From positions 30,194,001-30,258,000 of the forward strand of contig OX442314.1 in the NCBI GenBank assembly GCA_949358305.1: a DNA stretch of 64,000 bases, given 5' to 3'. The notes beneath the pieces are model-generated. The model ran no database searches, was not told where the DNA came from, and saw only the letters and a program-made list of their open reading frames with translations. The first letter of the stretch is position 1; each line of letters begins with the position of its first letter. The position numbers were made by a program, and so were the translations under genes. Positions 54,226 to 64,000 of this stretch are shown here, piece by piece. The DNA comes from Strigamia acuminata. Taxonomy: Eukaryota.

Positions 54226-57200
54226 ATGAAACCATCGCTGGCAAACGCTTATCAAAATCGAAATTGGTTGCTGACGACTAATATCATCGAAAACATTCTT
54301 TTCTCGGCAATTTTCCTCGGTTGGCCCGCTCTTGTTACCATTTTGAAAAGCGAGGACTACTATGCTCATCTCTGCACCACGCTCAACACCCGACCGAAAG
54401 CGACCGTCTACGACCTGGCTACAAATTCCACTCGCTCAAGATCGATGGAAATGGCCGTGCCTCTCCTAGGGACTGATCACGGCTCTCTCATCATACCAGC
54501 CACGTTGCAATCGTTTAATGAATGCTGCAGCCACTACAAGTGGAGTTGTCTGGAGCAAGAAAAACGTCTTAATAAATGCTTTACGGTAATTACCGTACCC
54601 CATTCTAATTGATGATGCACCTATTGATAAATAATGGATAAATCTTAAAATTTATATATACATTGATCAACATATTTTATCATTGCATAAACATGTGAAA
54701 ATTAAATGAAAATCCTTATGTTTAGCCGATACAGAAAATTAATTTATAAATAAATGATAAATGGAATATTCATCTACAGATTTATCATTACATTGATTAT
54801 ACTAATATTTATCATTATTTTTAAAATATATTTAATTTTGAAAATCGGGTCTTTTTTCCAGTGTAATCTTTGCGTGCGAAAATATTAAAATAGACTAAAC
54901 TTATGTTTCTTTTTAGTTGGGAGCGTTCCTAATGAATATTTTTAACCTTCCAATTGGTTGGACTGTAAATAAACTTAGTGCCAAATGGATACGAAGTGTT
55001 GGGATGTAAGTATTTACTTATATTCACCGTAAAACCTATTTTACCGTGCAGGAAATTCATCTTGTTACTTTCTTTGTAGGTTGATGTCTTGTGTGGCATT
55101 TGTTTTCTTTGCAGTCAGTTCTGCAAGTAAGTATGACATTATACCCATAAGTTATTATAGAAATTGGAGATAAATTAAATTAAATTAAATTTTCCTGAAT
55201 TTCCCACTAAATAAATATTAAATTTCCCACTTACGATATTTCCCACTAAATAAATTTTTTTCCTCCCACTAATTTAACTTAACCCAAATTAATTACTTTT
55301 TCCACTAAAAAAGTTTATTTTACGGAGAATACTAATTATGTTTTTGTAATTTTTATTCAGGATTATCTCATCTAATCATGTACGCGGCCGCATTGACCAG
55401 CATCGGTGGGAATATAATCGTGTATACGTCACTTCAAGTGGCAAATCTGTTTGGTGCTTCAAAAACCCGCAGTTTGGGGCTGCTGGTTGGCTCACACGCG
55501 GCTTCCGCCGTTATATTTCCAATTTTTAAAGTGAAGGATGAACTGACCACTGAAAATATTGCTCAACTGAATAAATTGTATTTCTAGGTGTTTTATGCTT
55601 TTGGAGTTCCCTTAAATCTGCTCTTCCTAATCCTTGCCGGTCTTTCGATCCTCGGATTGATCAACACTTTTTGTACTGTTCCTGACGCTGCTATTCCTGT
55701 TGGAGTAGAATCGCTTCCATTGGGTGAATGCAAACCAATTTTGCTGGACCGGTCCCAAACTGAAAAAGTCGATGACGAAGAATGTAAAGGATCCATGTCT
55801 TCGTGAGCATTTTTCATCCAAAAAACTAGATTTGCATAATTATTAATTAAAATTCTCATTTTACAGAATGCACACTGACGACCAAGCGGCAAACAACAAA
55901 ATCAATACTGAAGCAACGGTAATGCCGTTACATCGTATAATATACATGCCGATGTATCTGTGGAGCTTAATATTTGTCTCGATGACTCAACTACGGATGA
56001 TGTTTTTTATTGGCGATTTAAATCAGATGCTTGTTTACACCACACAGAATAACATTGAATCAGGTAAAGTAATTTGTTTTGCAGTGATCGGGTTATTTCA
56101 CTGTTGAGATGCTGTAAACAGACTTAGTCTCTGAAATAAAGTGGTTAATAATGTCTAGGGGTAAAATAAATACAAGGTAAGTATGATAAAATAATAATAA
56201 TAATAATTTCTTTGTGTGCCAAACCAGAGTAATTAAAAATAATAAATATTTCTAAGTGGTGACAACAAATATATAAAATATATATAAATATATATTTTCT
56301 TAAAAAATTTTAGGACAAAAGATTTGAAGAGTAGTCATTTTTAGACTAAATAAATGTTGCTCTACAAGTTTACAATTGGAAATTTCTGTCTATCTCTAAC
56401 GGTTTCCGAGATAATTTCCCAATGACCTTGAAGGAACATCCCAAAGTCAAATTTCGGGTCACCGAAAGATTGCCCCACCCAACTTTAGTACTTTGCCATC
56501 ATTAGATTAGATGCATTGTCAGCACTTTCAGAAATATTAAGTAAAGATACAGACTTTTTGTTCACCCTGTATCTTAAGACATTGCCGTGCGGATTATCGA
56601 AAAGAAAAAAGGAATTATAGGAAATATTCTACTATTTATTTGCAGTTGATCTATACATTTTCATTTTTGGAATCCTACAAGTGTGTTGTTTGGGAACTAG
56701 TCACTTTGCTGGCGGTTTCGTCGAATGGCGTAACAAAAAGACCGTGAACCCGACTCCGACCGAACAGGAATCTCTTCCTCTTCCATTTACGTCTGCTCCT
56801 CAGCAAGTTAACAGTGAGCTTCCTAGACCTTGCACTTTGACCTCCACTCCTCCTTCGGTGGTACTGTTGGAGAAAGTGGATGAAGGCAAACTGGTCTGTT
56901 CCACGGCTTCCGTAGCGCGGATCCACGAATATGCAAACTCGACTAATACGGAGAAGGAAATTTTCTCAAACGTGCACAAATCCTCTATTCAACGTTTTGT
57001 TGAACAGACTGACAATGCCTCATGCAGCATTGAGTCGACTCCAGAAAGACGGAAACCGACCAAACACATTGCAACAAAAAGTATGGAGAAGAAGATCGAA
57101 AAACTGAAAGATACTGCGATAGTATTTTTCGTCGCTTCCACTCTAATGGTGTTTTTTGGGCTGCTTGTACTCATTCCTTCATTAACCATTCAGGTAAGTA

Positions 57201-58121
57201 ACCACCATTGAAAAATTGCCAAATCTTAACATCACTAATGCTAGAAAATTATCATTTTTATATTTTAGGTGTCTACATTTGTTTGCTACACTTTAATTCG
57301 TGGTTTAGTTCCATGTGCAATTGGTCGACTATACTCTGTGGCATTCAATTCAGCACACCACCAGACACTGATTGGATTACTATTAGCAGTCTCCGCCAGC
57401 TTTTCTATCATTCAGCAGCCTCTTTTTATGATAGTTATTGATTTATGTGCTGGAGACCCTTACTGGGTAAAAATTGTCCTTGAATAATTGCTTGTTTAAG
57501 GTGGAAACACAAGGGAGCGGGTAAAATTTAAAAACTTGCTTTTACTTAAAAAAGCGGCTAAAAACTCGCCCGCTTGAGCAAACACAATCTTGCGTTTTTA
57601 TTCAAAGCTTTGTTTTGAAGCGAGCTTGTACTCACCCACTCCGATCAAACCGAGTTTGATTTACCAGCTTCAAGCTTGCAGGTGTTTTGGTCATGTGGCT
57701 TTGACAGCCGATCAGAATCGTGAGGAAATTCTTGGAAGAGATATTGGCGGGAATTTCTAGCTAGCTACCAAGCTAGCTTGAATTTGCCGGTTAAGCTGGT
57801 AAGCCAAAAGCGGGTCAAGTGAGCTTGTAAATGACTCCCTCTTTAAACTTGTGCTAGCAAGCTTTGGAATTTTAACCGCACCTTTGTGTTTTCACGTTTA
57901 GGGTTTGAAATGATAACATGTTTGATTTTCAGGTGAATATTGCTCTATTAATTCCATCACTTCTTTGCTTTGGCCTTCCTGTGCATCTATTGTTCCACTG
58001 TAAACACCTGAAGCAGTGGAAAGATGCGTCGACTAACATTGCAGTCGTGCAACCGGTTGCCGTGAAAATGCAGTACGTCGATAACAAACTGAACAATCGT
58101 TCTGTTCCCACAGAACTCTAA
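54226..58121 (+). CDS. SLC43 family (LAT3/LAT4-like) large neutral amino-acid transporter, MFS fold
   Basis: Exons 54226-54585, 54917-55005, 55080-55126, 55361-55530, 55588-55802, 55867-56063, 56646-57193, 57269-57466, 57933-58121. N-terminus MKPSLANAYQNRNWLL..IENILFSAIFLGWPAL resembles SLC43A1/2; also TSLQVANLFG, SMTQLRMMFFIG, QQPLF, GDPYWVN. Confidence 0.92.
57498..57898. mobile_element. MITE in the last SLC43 intron (family of 32266-32520)
   Basis: TIR gtg(g/a)aaacacaa(g/a)gg.gcgg.taaaatt; high identity with 32266-32500. Confidence 0.8.
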
Positions 58122-58924
58122 ACTACAATAAACTCAAGTAATTAGTATACATTTTCCAAATTTAAGTTCAACTTGCATTATTCAGAAGAGTTCGACTTAA
58201 AAACGTCTCCATTTTACAAATATTTATTACCGTTTGGTTTTATTTTTTCATGATTATTGTAAAACAAAGTGAAAATCATGTATCACGCGTATTACTAGTA
58301 CGTTTTAATTTGATCAGTACTTAAGTAGGAAGAAACGTGCGTGAATTTATTCTATTCGCATATATAAAAAAAAATCTGCTTTTTTGGAATATGAAAATTA
58401 TATATTGCATGAAAATTAATTATACGATGCATATTCTCTTGAATAATTAATATAACATCATTTGTGATATTGTTTACATGTATTTTTATGTCAGTGTTAT
58501 GTTTAGTATGATAGTTTAAGTCGTTTTTTTATTTTGTAAAATACCACTGATGTCTCCAAAGAAACTTATACAGTCTTGATCAGCAGTGAGTATTTATATG
58601 TATTGAAGAAATTAAAGAAAAAAATCATTCCAAGTAGTAATTTCATTTGTTTTATACAAAAAAAAATCAAAAAAAATTAGAGTAAATGCATAATTTTCAC
58701 ATTTGTGGAATGTGTGTCTTGTGTTTGTGAGTTTGTTTTTACATCTTTTAACCTCATACAAGAAAAAAAAATCACAAACACATATAACACGACTTTATGA
58801 ATGCAGCTGGTGTCTTTTTGTTACACTTTTTTTTGGAACATACAATATCTACCGTGTGAAATCAGAATTGGGTAATCAGACAACGCACTCGTATGATTCT
58901 ACCGAGATAACATAACTCGTAACA

Positions 58925-59420
58925 ATAGAGTTTGCGGGATGCATTTTTCCCTTACAGTTAAAGACTATACGGTATAAAAATAGTGTAAGGGAGAAATGAT
59001 AAATTAAGTTTTTGCGGGCTGCACTTTTTCCTTATCACTAAACTATTTCAGCCAACTACTGACAGTTAGTAATTTTGGGCCTAAAAATTCAATTTGGGGG
59101 CGTAAATGTGCAAATTTCTGCATAAAATTTCCATTATTATGCCTATAAAGTATGGTTTTGGGCCTAAAATTCAAGTTTGGGCCTCACTTATCATTCAATC
59201 TACATACCTATGACTGAGATGTGTTTGATCGGGACAACAAAATAATCGCCATTTGCAATTGGCGGAGCTCAAAATATAGTGTTCTCAATTCTGATTGGCT
59301 GCGCTATATTTTAATTTAGGGTTGAAAACGATACACTAAAGATTTTTCCCTTACGATATGGCACTAAAATAGTGTAACGTGGCACAAAATAAGGGAAAAA
59401 TGCATGCCGCAAACTATATA
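58925..59420. mobile_element. MITE, inverted copy of 8763-9258
   Basis: TIR gagtttgcgg.atgcatttttccctta; reverse-complement match along the full length. Confidence 0.85.
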
Positions 59421-61148
59421 ATCACACTGGTGTTCTCGATATAGACAACATATACGATGTCATAAATTGTTCAACAAACGTATGAAATTCCAAACTTGTG
59501 ACAAATTAGCAATAGATGGCGCCACTAGTACTAGCGGCAAATTCAACCTCGAACTTACTATTTCCCATAGAAATGGTTCACAAACATATTGTTATGTTTG
59601 TTATGACTAAATGTAATTTAGACCGATAATATAAAGATATATTATCATTATTCAATAAAGTAAAGCAGGTATTCTTGCTTTATCGCGGATACATGACGAG
59701 AAACACAGTTTCGAATGTATTTCCGTTCTGTGTATCCATTTCCTGTCCCCGGTATCCAGTTCCGGTTTGTGCTAAAGGATTAGCATAATCCAAGTTTGCA
59801 TCTCCGTATCCACTTCCTGCGATACGAGATTGGTGGAACTTAATCCCACCGAGTATAAAACTCCCTGACAACAGGAAGTTAAGTTAGTCTTGTTTTCTGG
59901 TTATTTGGTATGTCCGCATGTCAAATAGCCGTTTCTTACTCAGGGCATGGTCCTACCGGACCATGCATAGCATGGCTCTGCTGAGCCATGCAACCCCCGT
60001 CAACTGAAGGCGAAGTTCGGACTATTAATGTTTCCGTCAAACGGTCTTGCCGAGGAGAAAGCCTCCCGCATAAGTATCCTCGTGGTCGGACAATAGAATC
60101 ACGTGTGATACCAAAGTATTTAGTAACCGTCAGTAGCACTGTTACTGCAAGAGATTGACTCCATCACCTGATGGTGCCAAAGCAGTCTGCATGCAAAACA
60201 TGCAGTTACCGCCAGTAGCACTATGTGTTTGGGAAGGTTATATCTCTTCGGTGATGGTGCCAAAGCAGTCTACTTATGAGTAGTATCTCGGGTGATTAAT
60301 TCTGTTGTGCAGAACTGCGGGCTATATCCCCCTGAATACCAGTGCCGTCTCTCACCGCACTGTTATTTAGGGCACGCGCGATACTGTTCTGCTCAGCAAG
60401 GCAAACTTTGACGGCAATTGTGTGTTGCGATGTTTAACCCTAATTCATTTTATAGTTAATACGGAGTAATAAACATTAATTGTTTGAACTTGACAACAAG
60501 TAAACAACCGAAGTAAGTCACGAGACTTATTTCACTGTATGACGAATCAAATTCGTAACAATAAATTGAATACAATTTATTGAGTTAATTTATTAAACTC
60601 ACAACATCGCGAATTAAATATAATTCGCAAGCGGAACCTTGGCGAATAAATGACTTCATTTATTCATTACCAATTTCCAACTCTAGTTGTGGCGGTGCAC
60701 ATGAGTCAACCGCACCTCTCGGATCGAACCAGACAGCATTACACGGACCATTACACGATATACGAACCTGGAACGCGAACGAAGCAGTTCCACGATTACG
60801 AAGCGCCGACGGAAGCCGCGAGGACACAGCCAGCCCGGCTACGCGTAGATGACATCTTTTAACTCGGTCGAGCGGGCGTTTTGCCGTTCCCGAACCCCGG
60901 ATCACCAATAACCGTAATGTTATTATTTTAGGGTCATTCGGCCATTTTATTGTATAGTTAAATGTGCTTTTAACTTGCCAAATGTCGGCATTAGTTTATG
61001 TATAACTTCTAGTATTGATTATATTGTTTAACGACAATAAATGTTATGATTTGAGAAACTATTCTTGTCTTTATTATCTCGTATTAATCACTTATTCACG
61101 CGACTTATATCCGGTACTATCATGCGATAGGAGTTGTGGTCGTCACCG

Positions 61149-64000
61149 TCACAAACTATCTCTCATAAAACGATCGGGCGATCCATAGTTGAAATCATGT
61201 AGTACATTAACATTAAGCGAGTGCCTTCTAATGTCAATTAATGGTAATAAATAGCTGTAATGTGATTCTAAACACACTTGATCCCAACGGCTGCACTTGA
61301 GTCCTTCGATCAATTCTAATACTTCTTTCTCAGTCTCTTCGTCTTTTGCGGAAGAAGTAAATTGTATTGTTTTTAAATTTGATTCGTTTCCGCCGTTGGC
61401 CCTCAAACAATTCATGTATGTGAATAAATTTAAAGTCAAACTAGGGACAGGTATTTCAATTACTAGAGTCACAATTGGACTGTTTTGAATGGATTTTGCT
61501 ATCATGATTTCATTATCATTTAAATTATGTTGAAATTTCAGATGTAATGTTTGTAGATTTGTCCAGGCACTAACAAAAATGCTTCTATATTCAATTGTAT
61601 CTATAAAAAGTTGTAAATATTTAACGCTGTTAAAACCAACCCATGTTGGGCATTTCTCAATCAAATTATTAAGTTCCGTTGTGGAACAACCAAACTGAGA
61701 TGGCTCCAACTCAGTTATTGCTTCAATATTTGTAGGACTCGTTAGTTTCAAATATTTAAAGCAATTTTTTAGTGATATTGGTGGCCTGCAAGTGAGGGTA
61801 CAACAATCTAGTTCTACGAAACTGTAGTTCTTGGTTCCACCGTTGGTAATATCGTACAAATCCACATCATTAAGGGAACAACTGAAAGAAGTCAAGCAAT
61901 TTGATTGAGCAGCGGCGCTGAAAAGATCGCTCATATTCATCTCTTGCCAACTTCTATCTAATGCGAGATGTTCGACTTGATTATTCTCTAATAGATCGAT
62001 AACGAATTTTTTTGATAGTTCATTTCCAACGTGAATTCGTAAATAACTATATTTGATTTGTTTGAATGTTTTCTCCTGCATTATCGTTTTGAGTGGCAAT
62101 CCTAAATTTGTCCTGTGGGTTACCAAAGCACACGATTCGATGTGCGGTGATGCAGCAAAACTTAAGCATTCATTTAATGTCCCATGAAATGGACTTGGGT
62201 TTGAAAAGATTTCTTGCAAATTAGGCGATGCACACGTGTACAATATTAACTTTTCACTATAATTTTTTCGCACGGTTATTTCCAAGCGCGTTGTGAAATT
62301 TTCAGAGAATAATTCTGAAGGAATTTGTCCATCAGTTGCGAGTTGTTTAATTTTTCCACTATCGCATCCATATTTTAATAAATTCCTACTTGCGGGTAAA
62401 TTACCGTTTAGTACGGAATAAAGGCGTTGTAAATCAATGTGGGAAGGAATAAAATTATCCAGATATTTGCTGTTTGAGATATTAATTGTGGAACAATCTG
62501 CAATTAGTTGCACAGTTAGATCATTGTCTAAACAGAACCAAACACTGAATGGCTCTATTTTGGTGAGCAGAAGATCCAAGTCTTTGCCTAGTAAACTTGC
62601 TGTAAACGGCAATATTAGAGATGTTCGTCCGCTTTTCCGGAAATGATTTACAATGGATTCTAAACTGCCTTTGATGAGTGCAGATTCGTTGGATTTCAAG
62701 TGAATGGAAAGAACAAAGGCAGCCGCAAATTCCATGATTGACAAGTGGAATGCTTCGTAATGAAGTTTCGATGCGAAAAAAGTCACTTGTTTGTGGTTGA
62801 TTAACAGTCCGAGTTGATAAATCTCATGTGTTAGGTCATTTGGATCAAACGTCAAATCACTTTGGAGTATTTTTTCGACGCATAATTCCCCAAATTGTTT
62901 CATTTGTTCCCGAATTCTGTCCGGTGATGAACTGGAATTAAATAGGTCGAACTCACTGTCGGTATTTAGAATCCCACGTTTCACACAAGTGTGTCTGAGA
63001 ATGGAACTAAATAGCTTCTTGTATAGGTCGGTTTTGGACGAGAAATGTCCAAAATCTTTGTCGTTTTCCATGATTATTGGTAACATCATTAGGTATAAAG
63101 GGGAATTAAACAACTCCAGCTGCGAGGACAAACGTTCGATTATATCATTGACATTTTGTTCGGGGAAGAATTTTTTCAAAAATTCCCTTTTGGCAGTGAT
63201 GCTCTGAATCCCCAAAATGCTGACTCGCTTGTCCCAGAACTCGCGACTGTTGTACATTTCTCCGAACAATTCATCACGTTCTTCTTTGGTTAACTTGAAT
63301 AAGCCCGTTCTACACAATGTAAGTACTGTTGAATCACTGTATCTTTGTTTGTATAACACTTTCACTGTTTCGCTCCGGTCCTCCAATGGCAATTCGTCTA
63401 AACCGTCCAATACGAATAGAATTTCTTTCTCATGTCTGGTCAATATTTGCTTCATATTGATCTGTTCTTGTTGTCGATAACCACATCGTTCTCCAACTTT
63501 GATAATTGCATTCTCGATAGTTCGTTGTTGTAGTTCTCGTAATGGTATGAAGAATACCAATTTGAAGTCGATGTATTCTTTATTCGTTGCCCAATCGAAG
63601 GCCAGTTTCGTCGCGAGTGTCGTTTTACCAAAACCGGGCTGTCCTTCAATGAGTATCCTACGTGGTTTTGCCTTGTAAATCGGGTGGAATATCTCTTGGA
63701 TTTCTATGGACCTTTCCGAGTGGCTGAGTTGGAGTTGGACATAATGAACCTCTAACGATAATTCGGAGCTTTCGTCTATCCACGCAACTTTTGGTAATTT
63801 TAACTCCGTGTAAAATGCTTGGAGTTTAGCTTTGAGAACCTCACATTGTTTATTGCCTTCACTATCGAAGGTTGTGCAGCAATTTTTGATTTCCTCGTTC
63901 GGTGCACTGGTGGCTGTTGTAAAGAGAATTATGTTTTTGTCTTAGATATGAGTTTGATTAAGAAAATGATGATACTAACCTCCGGCAACTGGTTGAAAGT
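61149..64000 (-). CDS. NACHT-domain STAND NTPase with degenerate C-terminal LRR-like region (NLR-like); 5' part lies outside the window
   Basis: One open frame 63913-61149 (acceptor acaacag at 63914; upstream donor G|gttagt at 63980). Walker A ILIEGQPGFGKTT, Walker B ILFVLDGLDE, sensor VLTLCR, NSPLYL, winged-helix EAFHLSIMEFAAA; Leu-rich tail with LQTLHL/LKYLKL-type motifs. Confidence 0.9.

Noticed and set aside
60421..61153. Solo LTR supplying the NLR-like stop codon (TG...CA ends)
   Set aside because: No convincing target-site duplication and no second copy in the window.
63452..63649. Apparent frameshift or missing Walker A in the NACHT gene
   Set aside because: Manual translation shows the 803-aa frame stays open upstream to 63913 and includes GQPGFGKT; the 65-aa ORF is an off-frame artefact.

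Overview
AT-rich eukaryotic (invertebrate, probably non-insect arthropod; inferred, not established) genomic DNA with GT-AG spliced genes that I reconstructed by hand. In order: a transglutaminase (minus strand, runs off the left edge, intact Cys-His-Asp triad); TYW2/TRMT12; a 65-aa G-protein gamma subunit split by a 14.7-kb intron and missed by the ORF track; ZFYVE1/DFCP1; an unusual 41-53 kb island; an SLC43 (LAT3/4-type) amino-acid transporter; and a NACHT-LRR (NLR-like) gene running off the right edge. The island holds a 22-aa-repeat helical protein, a triple-frameshifted gene of unknown family, a Cys-motif tail-anchored protein, and a head-to-head pair of intronless divergent NF-YA-like and CFIm25/NUDT21-like genes whose start codons are 131 bp apart. 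Introns from 0-38 kb are packed with non-autonomous DNA transposons (hAT, Harbinger, Tc1/pogo, MULE and piggyBac types) plus two solo-LTR-like repeats. The 38-52 kb region is instead punctuated by unrelated 20/21/31-bp minisatellites with helically phased A/T tracts. No tRNA, rRNA or CRISPR array could be supported. All family assignments come from motif recognition; no database search was run.
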